Assembly (NCBI GenBank): GCA_018382295.1
Contig: JAGZQF010000009.1
Location: 7,618-71,617, forward strand
From: Collinsella sp.
GTDB taxonomy: Bacteria > Actinomycetota > Coriobacteriia > Coriobacteriales > Coriobacteriaceae
Length of the DNA: 64,000 bases
Direction: 5' to 3'
The number at the start of each line of letters is the position of its first letter. The stretch's first letter is position 1. The notes beneath the pieces are model-generated. The model was not told where the DNA came from and did not search any database. It worked only from the letters and a program-made list of their open reading frames with translations. The position numbers and the translations under genes are program-made. Positions 8,768 through 19,140 of the stretch are shown in pieces.

Positions 8768-9999
8768 TATTTTTCACCATCCGCATTGCACATACGCTTA
8801 GATCTTTCTGGTTCTATGTTGTTTAGGGCAAAACCAAAGGATGAAAATAGAAGAACGACCCCGACATTAATTGTGTAAGAGTAATAAGTTGATAATCCCA
8901 GAATCGCCATGAGATAAAAGAGGGCAACAAATTTGCAGTGGCTATTTTTGGAAGAACCAAATAAGCATCGCGACAGGACATACAAAAGCGGTACAACGGC
9001 TAAAACGCCAAAATGAAACATCAAATAAATTATTTGATTATCGAAAAAGAGATAATTTGAATTCGTGCCATATCTATATCCAGCGCTAATACCGTTACCG
9101 AATATAAGCGATGCCGGTTCAACCTGGCTATAGAAAATTTCATATTGGTTAGACCGTGTATCTTCTCCGATTCTGTTTAAAAACGAATCAAGAACTTCAG
9201 GATAGATAAACGACAACGCCAAAAGTGCTGTTCCAGTTGCAAAAATTACAATTACTGTTCGTTTAAAAACTTTGTCAATTCCTTTAGCCATAAAAGTTAC
9301 AACAAGCATGACTAACATTGGTTGAATTAACCAACTTCTGGTTGCCAGCATTAATGCGGCGATGCAGGCTAGAAAGCCTATGCCCATCGTTATGAAATAC
9401 GCGTGTTCATCATTAGATTTAAGCACCACGGTTGACCAATATAAACTGATGCCAAATGCAAAATAGTCCCTCGCAGGACACCATCCAATATAAGATCCAA
9501 AGCCACAAAGAGATTTAAATTTTAGAATTGAAATAAGTGAAGCGATAAAGCAAAACAGAGAAAGAAGAGGGACCCATTTCTTTATAAGCAACTTGATGCT
9601 TGGCTCCTCCGCCAATAGGTAAAACAAGGGAATTACAAATACTGTGGTTGGGACATCTCCAAAGAGCACACTGGATAAATCGCCCTCGTTATTGGCAATG
9701 GCGAATAAGCTATAAATTATTAGTCCAAAAAATGAACAAGATATGATGAGCCAATTTGCTTTTCGGGATTTACTTATTGCGCGCAACAAAAGAATGGAAA
9801 AGCAGATTTGCTGAATGAGATTAAATAAAGAAGCAAAGCGCCCATTAGAGGTGCTGAATGCAAAACGGTTAATCTCCCAATCTGTTGCAAATGAGTATGA
9901 GGCGCCCAGGTCTCGAACAAAGGGGACCATTAGACCAGATATTATTGCAATTCCTAATAGCAACTCAGATATACTTTTGTTTTGATTATGCAGTGTCAT
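8767..9999 (-). CDS. wzy: Polytopic membrane protein, Wzy-like repeat-unit polymerase / O-antigen ligase family
   Basis: About 10 TM helices with a large loop. Located between a GT4 and wzx. Low GC. No strong motif recognized, so the assignment rests on context and topology. Start ambiguous (10080 or 9999). Confidence 0.5.
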   Translation of the reverse strand: MTLHNQNKSISELLLGIAIISGLMVPFVRDLGASYSFATDWEINRFAFSTSNGRFASLFNLIQQICFSILLLRAISKSRKANWLIISCSFFGLIIYSLFAIANNEGDLSSVLFGDVPTTVFVIPLFYLLAEEPSIKLLIKKWVPLLSLFCFIASLISILKFKSLCGFGSYIGWCPARDYFAFGISLYWSTVVLKSNDEHAYFITMGIGFLACIAALMLATRSWLIQPMLVMLVVTFMAKGIDKVFKRTVIVIFATGTALLALSFIYPEVLDSFLNRIGEDTRSNQYEIFYSQVEPASLIFGNGISAGYRYGTNSNYLFFDNQIIYLMFHFGVLAVVPLLYVLSRCLFGSSKNSHCKFVALFYLMAILGLSTYYSYTINVGVVLLFSSFGFALNNIEPERSKRMCNADGEK

Positions 10000-10045
10000 T
10001 TTGTTGCGCAATGTTGTTTTCCTTATTGGAGGCTCCCGGGGAAAT

Positions 10046-11131
10046 CTAGTTAAAAATAAGATTCGCCCATTCATTGCCAATAGCTTCTAAAGAGAGAGAC
10101 TGCCTTAACATCAGGGCATTATTAGACAGTCGATTCGAGTATGATTGATCTTCGACGATCCTGTTGAACGCTTCGCTCTCAGCAAGATCGTCATCAATAT
10201 CGACCAAAATGCCGTTCTCGCCATTCCGAATAACTGCCTCTGCTCCACCACCGCCACATTTGGTGCAAATTGTTGGAACCCCCATACACAAGGACTCAAG
10301 CATAGAATTAGATAGGCCCTCGAACTTTGATGACATTACAAAAGCCGATGCAGTTCTAATGTGCATAAGAACGTCAGAAGAAAAGCCCATAAATTTAATT
10401 GAATCATCCATGTCAAGGCTATGAACAAGGTTTTCTAGTTCTGATTGAAGGCTTCCCTTGCCAAAGATTTCAAGAATATATTCAGGGTGTTTTTTATGAA
10501 ACAGCGCAAATGACCTGATTGTCATCGAGTGATTTTTTTGATGTTCAAGTCGTCCTGCTGTGACGATTGCTTTTCTTCTAAGCCCAGAATACGGTTCAGG
10601 AAGTTCGCTAGATATTGGATTTAAGATGATTTTTGAATTCGCCTGAAGGTATCTCGGCATTAAACTTGCCTGGCTTTTTGTCTGAAACACAATTGCATCG
10701 GACCTTCGATACAACATGTTTCTAATGAATGGGAAGATCTTATTGCCAGGAAAATCATATCTCGGATCGTTTCGCACCGAAACAATAACCCTGTTTGGAA
10801 GTCCGATAGTCGCGATAAGCGTATACATGTTTTGATGAGGTAAAAAGGAAATTACCGTAGCATTGGGCCACTCGGAAATAAAACGTCGTATAAGCTTAAT
10901 TTGGTCGAATGGCTTGAGCGTAGCGCTTGCAAACTCAGAACGCACCTCGACTCCTTCGGGAACATCGTATTCAACAACGTTACTTTTAGTCAGGAGATAG
11001 GTAAACCTAATACCATGAGCAACGAAGTACGACGCGAGCGCAAGCGAGACGCGCTCGGCCCCGCCACCCATCAGGGAAGGGTGAACAAAAACAATATGCC
11101 CAGCTTCATGTGTTAACTTATTTGAATTCAA
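10046..11131 (-). CDS. Glycosyltransferase family 4
   Basis: N-terminal GGGAERVSLALASYF, C-terminal EGLSNSMLESLCMGVPTI (GT4 E-x7-E-like region). 361 aa. Confidence 0.8.
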   Translation of the reverse strand: MNSNKLTHEAGHIVFVHPSLMGGGAERVSLALASYFVAHGIRFTYLLTKSNVVEYDVPEGVEVRSEFASATLKPFDQIKLIRRFISEWPNATVISFLPHQNMYTLIATIGLPNRVIVSVRNDPRYDFPGNKIFPFIRNMLYRRSDAIVFQTKSQASLMPRYLQANSKIILNPISSELPEPYSGLRRKAIVTAGRLEHQKNHSMTIRSFALFHKKHPEYILEIFGKGSLQSELENLVHSLDMDDSIKFMGFSSDVLMHIRTASAFVMSSKFEGLSNSMLESLCMGVPTICTKCGGGGAEAVIRNGENGILVDIDDDLAESEAFNRIVEDQSYSNRLSNNALMLRQSLSLEAIGNEWANLIFN

Positions 11132-11140
11132 TTTAATCCT

Positions 11141-12159
11141 CTAATTACCGCTGGTAGCATTGCAGTAGATGTCGAGTATTTCGCTCAAGAGTAGATTGAT
11201 ATCGAATGAGCTGAGTATCTTTTTTCGGGCCAAAGTTCCCATTTCTTTTCTAAGCTCGCTTGATTCGAGAAGATGACTCAATGCAACGGCCAGAGCTTGA
11301 TGGTTATCAACCGGAATCAGAACCCCATCAACACCATCATTAATTACTTGAGGAATTCCGCCAACGGGAGTGGCGACAGTTGGAATTCCTCTAGCCATGG
11401 CTTCAAGAACGCTCATGGGGAGCCCCTCGTTTTTGGAGGGGAGGCAGTACACCGCGGCACGCTCAAAGAGCTCTTCGCGTTCTGCGCCCGCGACCCAGCC
11501 GTGGAACTCGCAGCGGTCGGCAATACCGAGCTCTGCCGCAAGAGATTTATTCTTTTCGACCTCTCCGTCTCCGCCGAATACGACCTTGGTGCCGGGAAAA
11601 CGCGACAGGATTTCTCTTGACGCGAACAAGGTGAGCACGGCTGGTCTGGAACTTTGACACCGTTATGAACAACGTCAATCTTCTCCAGGTCGCAAACGTT
11701 TTTTGAAAAGTAGTCGCGCCACTCTTCCGACAGAACCACAACTCGGTCGGCGATACTAAAGGTCTTTCTTACATCACGACGGTAGACATCTCCGCCCTCT
11801 TCGAAAGCCTTCTTAAACTCGCCATCGTGATCGTGGAGTATTACGTACTTGCCTGCTTTGTGGGCCATACGAGCCATAATTGACTTACGTTTGTAGGAGT
11901 CACGGGCGCTAATGTGTAAATGAATGATGTCATAGGATGGCATGATCATCGCATAGCGAATCAACGCTCGGGAAAATGCGACGGATTTACCGAGCTTTGA
12001 GGAACCGATGCCCGTCCCCAGGTACTCAAAGGCATCGCATGCCTCAGGGAGACCTGCGTCTAGATAACCTTTCACGACTGAGACAATTCCGCCGTGAAGA
12101 GAGAGATCGGGTCCGACCATTAACACCTTTGCATGGACGTGCGGATAACCTTTAGTCAT
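11141..12159 (-). pseudogene. GT4 glycosyltransferase split by a +/-1 frameshift near 11640 (N-terminal half ORF 11413..12159, C-terminal half ORF 11141..11638)
   Basis: The N-terminal ORF has GT4 N-domain features through ...VVHNGVKVPDQ and then reads nonsense. The C-terminal ORF has the GT4 C-domain (VVFGGDGE...EGLPMSVLEAMARGIPTVATPVGG). The two frames differ by 1 and the halves abut. No homopolymer at the junction. Confidence 0.55.
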
Positions 12160-12180
12160 TGATTTCCTCTTACCGAAAGC

Positions 12181-12675
12181 TTAGACGGCGAGCTGGAAGC
12201 CCCCCCAGATTGAAAACTCCGGGCCAACGTCTTTTGTCACTACCGCACCGGCAGCAATCACACAATGGTCGGCAATTCTAACGCCCTTAAGAATCGTTAC
12301 GCCGCTGCCAATCCATACATCATTGCCGATGACGACATCTTGGTCATTCTCTGGAAGCTTGTCCGACTCATCAAGCGTCATCATGGGTCGGTCGAGAACA
12401 TCTGTACGATGGTCTCCAGTAATAATTGTGAGATGAGGGCCGCTCATGACGTAATTGCCGATATGAATCTTCGCACGGGTCGTCAGAAACGTTGCTCCTG
12501 GGCCAATATATACATCATGTCCCATGTAAATATTTTCAATCCCCTGAATTTCGCTACGACGACCGATGGTTACGTTTTTACCGCATGATGCAAAGGAGCG
12601 TCGTAGGGCAGGAAGCAAGAGCAATTTGTTATAAGCTCGCGAGATACCATCAAGCAATCTGTACCCAGCGCCCAT
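12181..12675 (-). CDS. Hexapeptide-repeat (left-handed beta-helix) sugar O-acetyltransferase
   Basis: Repeated [LIV]-G-x-x-x-x hexapeptides ([27 protein letters not shown]...[31 protein letters not shown]). Start chosen at MGAGYRLL, immediately after the stop of the upstream gene. Confidence 0.75.
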   Translation of the reverse strand: MGAGYRLLDGISRAYNKLLLLPALRRSFASCGKNVTIGRRSEIQGIENIYMGHDVYIGPGATFLTTRAKIHIGNYVMSGPHLTIITGDHRTDVLDRPMMTLDESDKLPENDQDVVIGNDVWIGSGVTILKGVRIADHCVIAAGAVVTKDVGPEFSIWGGFQLAV

Positions 12676-12677
12676 GG

Positions 12678-13859
12678 CTAAGATTTCCTCCACACCATCT
12701 TGTCCACCACGCCGGTGTAGCTCTGGATGATCTTGACCACCTTGGTGGACACGGTCTCGTCGGCGTAGTCGGGGACGGGCGCCTCGGGCAGCGACCCCTC
12801 CGCGTCGAGCTCGACAGCGGTGTGTACCGCCTGGAGCAGGCCGCGCTCGCTGATGCCGGCCAGCGTGAAGCAGGCCTTGTCCAGCGCCTCGGGGCGCTCG
12901 GTGGAGGTGCGGATGCAAACCGCCGGGAACGGGCGGCCGACGCTCGCGAAGAAGCTGGACTCCTCGGGCAGGGTGCCGGAGTCCGACACCACCGCGAAGG
13001 CGTTCATCTGCAGGCAGTTGTAGTCATGGAAGCCCATGAGCTCGTGCATGCGCACGCGCGGGTCGAGCTTGAAGCCGGTGGCCTCCAGGCGCTTGCGGGA
13101 GCGCGGGTGGCAGGAGTACAGGATCGGCATGTCGTACTTCTCGGCGAGCGCGTTGATCGCGGTGAACAGGCTCGTGAAGTTCGCCTCGGTGTCGATGTTC
13201 TCCTCGCGGTGGGCGGACAGCAGCATGTAGCGCTTGGGCTCAAGGCCGAGCTCGGAGAGGATGTCGGAGGCCTCGATCTTGCCCAGGTTGGCGCGAAGGA
13301 CTTCTGCCATGGGCGACCCGGTGACGTAGGTGCGCTCCGGGGCGCAGCCGGTGTCCTTGAGGTAGCGGCGGGCGTGCTCGGAGTATGCCAGGTTGACGTC
13401 GGAGATCACGTCGACGATGCGGCGGTTGGTCTCCTCGGGCAGGCACTCGTCCTTGCAGCGGTTGCCCGCCTCCATGTGGAAGATGGGGATGTGCAGGCGC
13501 TTTGCCGCGATGGCGGACAGGCAGCTGTTGGTGTCGCCCAGGATGAGCAGCGCGTCGGGCTGGACCTGGACCATCAACTTGTAGCTCGAGGCGATGATGT
13601 TGCCCACCGTCTCTCCCAAGTCCGCGCCCACGGCGTCCAGGTAGACGTCCGGGTCGTCCAGCGACAGGTCGCGGAAGAAGATGCCGTTAAGCGTGTAATC
13701 ATAGTTCTGCCCGGTGTGAGCCAGCAGGCAGTCGAAGTGGCGGCGGCACTTCTTGATGACCTCGGACAGGCGGATGACCTCGGGGCGCGTGCCCACGATG
13801 ATCAGGAGCTTCAGGCGGCCGTCGTCCCTGAAGCGGATATCGGAATAGTCCTTGCCCAT
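12678..13859 (-). CDS. fnlC: UDP-N-acetylglucosamine 2-epimerase (non-hydrolysing); FnlC/Cap5G-like
   Basis: WecB-type fold ([20 protein letters not shown]...HMEAGNRC...). Adjacent to fnlA/fnlB homologues, consistent with a UDP-L-FucNAc pathway. Confidence 0.8.
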   Translation of the reverse strand: MGKDYSDIRFRDDGRLKLLIIVGTRPEVIRLSEVIKKCRRHFDCLLAHTGQNYDYTLNGIFFRDLSLDDPDVYLDAVGADLGETVGNIIASSYKLMVQVQPDALLILGDTNSCLSAIAAKRLHIPIFHMEAGNRCKDECLPEETNRRIVDVISDVNLAYSEHARRYLKDTGCAPERTYVTGSPMAEVLRANLGKIEASDILSELGLEPKRYMLLSAHREENIDTEANFTSLFTAINALAEKYDMPILYSCHPRSRKRLEATGFKLDPRVRMHELMGFHDYNCLQMNAFAVVSDSGTLPEESSFFASVGRPFPAVCIRTSTERPEALDKACFTLAGISERGLLQAVHTAVELDAEGSLPEAPVPDYADETVSTKVVKIIQSYTGVVDKMVWRKS

Positions 13860-13863
13860 GCGG

Positions 13864-15081
13864 CTAGACCTCCTCGTAGTAGGTGTCGGGGTCCTCGGGG
13901 TCGAAGGGCTCGTTGGCCCACATGACCGTCACGAGGTCCTCGGTGTCGGACAGGTTGGTGATGGAGTGCGTGTAGCCCGGGATCATCTCGACCACGCGCA
14001 TGTCGCCCCCCTTGACAACGTACTCGTCGACCGGGTAGGACTCGCCCTCGGCGTCGGCCCCCACCTTCCTCAGCTTGATGGAGGCGGTACCGGAGACCAC
14101 CAGGAACCTCTCCCACTTGCTCATGTGCCAGTGGTTGCCCTTGGTGATCCCGGGCTTGGAAACATTGATTGAGACCTGGCCGCGCTCCGGCGTGCGCAGG
14201 AACTCGGTGAACGAGCCGCGCGCGTCCACGTTGGGCTTGAGGCTATAGGCGAAGTTGCCCGGCTCGTAGTAGGACAGGAACGTGCTCCAGAGCTTCTTGG
14301 AGAAGGAGCCCTCGGCTAGGTCGGGCACCGAGAGCGTCTCGCGGCTGTCGCGGAAGCACCCGAGCAGGTAGACGATCTCGCCCAGGGTCTTCACGTCAGT
14401 CCCGGGGACGTAGCAGAAGTCCTCCCCCTCGACGCGCTCCAGCCCCTCGTAGCCGCAGCGGTGCTCCTCGCCCAGCAGGGCACCCAGCATCTCGTCGACG
14501 AGGTCGTCGATGTAGAGGAGCTCCAGCTCCACCGAGGGGTCGTTGACGGTGTAGGGGCGGCCGTTGGCGATGGCGTCGCAGAAGGTGGCGACGGCGGAGT
14601 TGTAGCGCGGGCGGCACCACTTGCCGTAGAGGTTGGGGAAGCGGTAGATGAGCACCGGCGCGCCCGTGCGCTCCGAGTACTCGCGGAACAGCCCCTCCCC
14701 CGCCAGCTTCGACTCGCCGTAGACCGAGCCCTCGAAACGGCCCGACAGGCTCGCCTGCGCGGAGCTGGAGAGCATGACGGGGCACTTATTCCCGTGGCGC
14801 TCGAGCGTGTCCAGCAGCGTGGAGGCGAACCCGAAATTGCCCTCCATGAACTCGGATTGCTCCTTTGGGCGGTTGACGCCGGCCAGGTTGAAGACGAAGT
14901 CCGCGCGGGAGCAGCAGTCCTCCAGCTCCCCGGGGGTGGAGTCGATGTCGTACTCCATGACCTCGAGTGGGAGCAGGCCCGTGTACTTCTCGCGGCGGTC
15001 CTTGCCGTCCCTTACGTTCTTCAGCGCGCAGCAGAGGTTCCTCCCGACGAAGCCCCTGGCGCCGGTGACGAGGACGCGCAC
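13864..15081 (-). CDS. fnlB: SDR-family reductase with C-terminal cupin-like domain; FnlB/Cap5F-like
   Basis: N-terminal MRVLVTGARGFVGRNL Rossmann motif. 405 aa. Sits between fnlA and fnlC homologues. Confidence 0.7.
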   Translation of the reverse strand: MRVLVTGARGFVGRNLCCALKNVRDGKDRREKYTGLLPLEVMEYDIDSTPGELEDCCSRADFVFNLAGVNRPKEQSEFMEGNFGFASTLLDTLERHGNKCPVMLSSSAQASLSGRFEGSVYGESKLAGEGLFREYSERTGAPVLIYRFPNLYGKWCRPRYNSAVATFCDAIANGRPYTVNDPSVELELLYIDDLVDEMLGALLGEEHRCGYEGLERVEGEDFCYVPGTDVKTLGEIVYLLGCFRDSRETLSVPDLAEGSFSKKLWSTFLSYYEPGNFAYSLKPNVDARGSFTEFLRTPERGQVSINVSKPGITKGNHWHMSKWERFLVVSGTASIKLRKVGADAEGESYPVDEYVVKGGDMRVVEMIPGYTHSITNLSDTEDLVTVMWANEPFDPEDPDTYYEEV

Positions 15082-15082
15082 C

Positions 15083-16141
15083 CTACTGCACCGCCTCGTG
15101 CTCGCGGCCCTCCAGGGCCAGCTGTACGTACTCGGCGGTCTTGATCTTGGCGATGGTGCCCTCCACGTCGAGCCTCTCGGTGTTGTGGGAGGTGTAGGAC
15201 TCGTCGGCCTGGGTCTCCACCTCGCCGTCGACGACGAACTTGTCGTAGTTCAGGTCGCGCGAGTCGCAGGACACGCGGTAGTAGCCGCCCATGTCCTCGG
15301 CCCTCAGTCGCTCCTCGCGGGTCATGAGGGTCTCGAAGAGCTTCTCGCCGTGGCGGGTGCCGATCACCTGGGTGCCCACCCGGCCGAAGACCTCCTGGAC
15401 GGCCTCGGCGAGGTCGCCGATGGTGGAGGCCGGCGCCTTCTGGATGAACAGGTCGCCGGGGTTGGCGTGCTCGAAGGCGAACTGCACCAGGTCCACGGCC
15501 TCGTCCAGGTTCATGAGGAAGCGGGTCATGTTGGGGTCGGTGACCGTCAGCGGCTCGCCCTTTCGGATGCGGTCGATGAACAGCGGGATGACGCTGCCGC
15601 GCGAGCACATGACGTTGCCGTAGCGGGTGCAGCAGATGGTGGTGCGGCCGCCGTCGTTGCGGGCGTTGGCGTAGATGATGGACTCCATCATGGCCTTGGA
15701 CTTGCCCATGGCGTTGATGGGGTAGGCGGCCTTGTCGGTGGACAGGCACACGACGCGGTCGACGCCCTCGTCGATGGCTGCGTGCAGGACGTTGTCCGTG
15801 CCGATGACGTTGGTGCGCACGGCCTCCATGGGGAAGAACTCGCAGGAGGGCACCTGCTTGAGGGCGGCGGCGTGGAAGATGTAGTCCACGCCGTGCATGG
15901 CGTCACGCACGCTCTGGGCGTTCCTCACGTCGCCGATGAAGAAGCGCACCTTGGAGGCGAGCTCCGGGGACCTCTCCTGCAGGCGGTGGCGCATGTCGTC
16001 CTGCTTCTTCTCGTCACGCGAGAAGATACGAATCTCGGCCAGGTCGGTGTTCATGAAGTGCTTGAGCACGGTGTTGCCGAACGAGCCGGTGCCTCCCGTG
16101 ATCATCAGGGTCTTGTCTTTAAAGGTGGTCGAATCGTTCAT
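15083..16141 (-). CDS. fnlA: UDP-GlcNAc 4,6-dehydratase/5,3-epimerase; FnlA/Cap5E/WbjB-like
   Basis: N-terminus KDKTLMITGGTGSFGNTVLKHF...IRIFSRDEKKQDDMRH closely matches the Cap5E/FnlA N-terminus. 352 aa. Confidence 0.85.
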   Translation of the reverse strand: MNDSTTFKDKTLMITGGTGSFGNTVLKHFMNTDLAEIRIFSRDEKKQDDMRHRLQERSPELASKVRFFIGDVRNAQSVRDAMHGVDYIFHAAALKQVPSCEFFPMEAVRTNVIGTDNVLHAAIDEGVDRVVCLSTDKAAYPINAMGKSKAMMESIIYANARNDGGRTTICCTRYGNVMCSRGSVIPLFIDRIRKGEPLTVTDPNMTRFLMNLDEAVDLVQFAFEHANPGDLFIQKAPASTIGDLAEAVQEVFGRVGTQVIGTRHGEKLFETLMTREERLRAEDMGGYYRVSCDSRDLNYDKFVVDGEVETQADESYTSHNTERLDVEGTIAKIKTAEYVQLALEGREHEAVQ

Positions 16142-16924
16142 CTATTTGCCTTCCTTACGTTTGGCTTTTGTAAACTGGTAAAAGAGGAATTTCGTATTGG
16201 TTACGAGGTATCGTTTGAAAAGCCGTTTTGGCTCTTGAATTAGTCTGTATAGCCACTCGAGACTCAGGTTTTGCATCCATATCGGCGCTTCTGGCACCAC
16301 GCCAGCGAGGACATTGAACGCTCCGCCAACACCGATCATCAACGGCTGTGGCCCTCCCTTGAGCTCGTGCATAAGAACTTCTTGACGGGGCGCGCCAAGA
16401 GCAATCCATGCGAAGTTAGCTCCTGAGTTGGCGATGCGATTAGAAAGCTCATACTTTTCGTTGTCGGACAAAGGACGGAAAACGGACGGTTCCATTCCCA
16501 CAATTTTTAAGCCAGGGAAATCCCTGTTGAGCGATTCTCTGAGGGCGTCAAGATTCTTCTGTTCATTTCCGTAGAAATAGTGACTCCACCCGTATTGACT
16601 GGAAATCTCAAAAATCTCGCGCATCAAGTCCGGACCGGTAACGCGGTCCATCGATTCAAATGACTTACGGCCTACAACTGATAAGGGCTTGCCGTCGGGA
16701 ACGGACATGACTGATTCCGCCTGGCAATCCCAATAGGAGGGGTCATCATGAGCCAAAACAGACGTATGGGCATTTGAGACGCAAATGTACTCGCCATGGA
16801 GTTCATCGATATGTTCAGCTAGAAAATTGATGCAATCTGCCATGTTTGTTCCCGTGATCGGAACATCGATCACGGGAACGCGATTCAACTCAGAGTATTT
16901 CGAATAATCCTCGAGCATTAGCAC
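16142..16924 (-). CDS. WecG/TagA/CpsF-family glycosyltransferase (GT26)
   Basis: 260 aa with a GT26-like core (NAHTSVLA...FAWIALGAPRQEVLMHEL...MIGVGGAFNVLAG...EWLYRLIQEPKRL). Confidence 0.8.
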   Translation of the reverse strand: MLMLEDYSKYSELNRVPVIDVPITGTNMADCINFLAEHIDELHGEYICVSNAHTSVLAHDDPSYWDCQAESVMSVPDGKPLSVVGRKSFESMDRVTGPDLMREIFEISSQYGWSHYFYGNEQKNLDALRESLNRDFPGLKIVGMEPSVFRPLSDNEKYELSNRIANSGANFAWIALGAPRQEVLMHELKGGPQPLMIGVGGAFNVLAGVVPEAPIWMQNLSLEWLYRLIQEPKRLFKRYLVTNTKFLFYQFTKAKRKEGK

Positions 16925-17679
16925 GCACCCTTACCGGTGATGACCTCAATAACCGTGAGAATCACAATCTTGAGGTCGGTGAGGATGCCCCGGTTGGCGA
17001 TGTACTCCAGGTCTCGGCGGACCATGCCGTCGAAACCGGTGGAGTTGCGCTCCGTCACCTGCCACCAGCCGGTTATCCCGGGCTTCACGGCCAGGCGCTG
17101 CAGGTCGAACTCGGTGTACTCCGCGACCTCGTTGGGCAGAGGCGGGCGCGGGCCCACGACGGACATCTGGCCCAGGAACACGTTCAGGAACTGCGGGAAC
17201 TCGTCGATTGAGTGCTTGCGGATGAACCTGCCGATCCTGGTGACGCGCGGGTCCTCCCTCATCTTGAACATGGCGCCGGCGATCTCGTTCTGCTCCTTGA
17301 GCTCGGCGAGGCGCTCGTCGGCGTCCCTGTACATGGAGCGGAACTTCCACATGCGGAAGGTGGACAGGCTGCCGTCGGGGCGAGTCTGTCCCACGCGGAT
17401 CTGGCTGTAGAACGGGTTGCCCTCGCTCTCCAGGCGGATGGCCGCGGCGAGAACCAGGCTCGGTATGGCGATTACAGCCAGCACGCAACTGCTGAACACG
17501 ATGTCGAAGACGCGCTTTACGGTGCGGTAGGCCAGGCGCGTGCGGTCCCAATCCTTCACGGCCTGCATGGCCTTGTAGCGCATGCTCGCGTCGCCGCCAT
17601 TCATGGCCTGGGCAACGAGCGCGGCCCCCACCGGCGTTCCTTCTGAATATTCAGTTTTATCTGACAATTTTTCCTTCAA
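16918..17679 (-). CDS. Initiating undecaprenyl-phosphate sugar phosphotransferase (small PglC/WbaP C-domain type)
   Basis: Bacterial sugar-transferase domain with a single N-terminal hydrophobic helix (VKRVFDIVFSSCVLAVIAIPSLVLAAAIRL), a DE/PRP motif region (MSVVGPRPPLP) and PGITGWWQV. Start ambiguous among several in-frame Met. Confidence 0.8.
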   Translation of the reverse strand: MKEKLSDKTEYSEGTPVGAALVAQAMNGGDASMRYKAMQAVKDWDRTRLAYRTVKRVFDIVFSSCVLAVIAIPSLVLAAAIRLESEGNPFYSQIRVGQTRPDGSLSTFRMWKFRSMYRDADERLAELKEQNEIAGAMFKMREDPRVTRIGRFIRKHSIDEFPQFLNVFLGQMSVVGPRPPLPNEVAEYTEFDLQRLAVKPGITGWWQVTERNSTGFDGMVRRDLEYIANRGILTDLKIVILTVIEVITGKGAC

Positions 17680-17734
17680 ACCTACGTCCCCGCCCCTGGG
17701 GATCCTCCCTGTCCCGTTAGACAGTCGCCTGCAG

Positions 17735-18289
17735 CTAGGCGATCGCCTTTTTAAGGTTTCGCATTACGCGCTGCTCGGCTGAAAGCACGGCAAGGCCAAC
17801 ACGCGTGGTTACGCGTCGGCCGCACAAGTCGAGCTCCAAATAAGCAGTGCTCTTGCGTCTATTAATGGTTTTGATAAGGCCTTCGTGGCCCAGCAGCGGG
17901 CCTGCCGTCACTACGACCTGGTCGCCGTCTTTTAAGGCCTCGCTCATGGGAACTACGCGGTCTCCCTTATGCGTAAAACTGCCAATAAGCTGGACCTCTT
18001 CTTTTGCCAGCGGCACAAATTGACCGTCCTGGGATAGCACCCGGGCAAAGTCATCCATGCGCAGCAGATACTGTTGCACGGTGCGGGGATCTGCCGTGTC
18101 GCAGATAAGATAACCGGGAAAGAGCGGCTTGGTCGTATTGACCCATTCGCCGTGTACTTTAATCTCGGTTTGAAATTGGGGATAAAAGAGCTCCTGCATG
18201 GCACCAGCCGGCACCACGCGCTCGATGCGCTCGCGCATTGCGTCTTCGCGGCCGTTAATGACTTGGATCACATACCACACGAGCACCAC
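17735..18289 (-). CDS. NusG-paralog transcription antiterminator (LoaP/UpxY-like), first gene of the polysaccharide operon
   Basis: NGN-like N-terminus (VWYVIQVINGREDAMRERIE), C-terminal KOW (GDQVVVTAGPLLGHEGLIKTI). 184 aa. Sits at the 5' end of a 14-kb co-directional operon, after an ~850-nt non-coding leader. Confidence 0.75.
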   Translation of the reverse strand: MVLVWYVIQVINGREDAMRERIERVVPAGAMQELFYPQFQTEIKVHGEWVNTTKPLFPGYLICDTADPRTVQQYLLRMDDFARVLSQDGQFVPLAKEEVQLIGSFTHKGDRVVPMSEALKDGDQVVVTAGPLLGHEGLIKTINRRKSTAYLELDLCGRRVTTRVGLAVLSAEQRVMRNLKKAIA

Positions 18290-19140
18290 CCCCTTGCTGT
18301 CTTACGTGTGGCTCACGGGGTTTGGGTATGGCTTCGCCAGGGCGCTTGTGCGCGAAGGCGCTCCATATTCAAACCCTGAGCCCAGTTAGACAAGCACGTG
18401 GCTCTGCCCCACCGTGAACGGTATGTATGAGTGCAGTTGCTAGAGACACGGACGTGTATCGCAAAAATGACCGCGTCCCCAGCTGGCTGCGTGCGATCCA
18501 GTCAAGCGGGTACAAAACTGGACCGCACGCAAACAGCTAAAGCATGCATACGGATAACTATTTCGCTGGTTTAATTCAGCGGAAATAGGCGTCGAACTTT
18601 ATTGGGTTTCTGCTCAGGAGGGGCACCGCCGTTACGGCCGGATGCTCTCTGCGCGCTCGCGTGGTTGCTTATATTGATGCGTATAACGCATCCGCACAAA
18701 CAGCAACGCGGAGTTGAAACCATGTGATGTAAAGCAGTTTAGCACAGCGTTTGGGAACGACTGTATTAGGTTCTGGTTTGTAGCATATAAGGCGCAAGCT
18801 GCGTTCGTTAGGCTGTTTTGTACCGATTAAACGTTACTGCAGGTTATGGGCAGGGTTGTGTAACGATTGCGAGGCGCAAGGTCGATGCGTTGCGAGAGCA
18901 CTCGTCACACAATGGGCACGCCCGACTACAGAGTTAACGCATTTTGAGACGGATTGTTGGACAACTTTTGGGAAATGGCTGGGTATATGGGCGCTCAATT
19001 TCTAGAGCAGGGCCGATGGGCATCCCTGATCGAGAGGAAAGCAGCAGTAACAGGATGGTTAGCTGAGCGCTAATATTCCCCTGGAAAGCGAGTGTTATGA
19101 TTCGATCTACAAGCTTTCGAATCGAAAAGGCGGAATAAGC

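Noticed and set aside
18290-19140. Small ORFs in the polysaccharide-operon leader (18934..19188 -, 19107..19358 -).
   Set aside because: Short, no RBS, no similarity to anything recognisable, and overlapping the GIY-YIG gene start. The region is treated as promoter plus leader.
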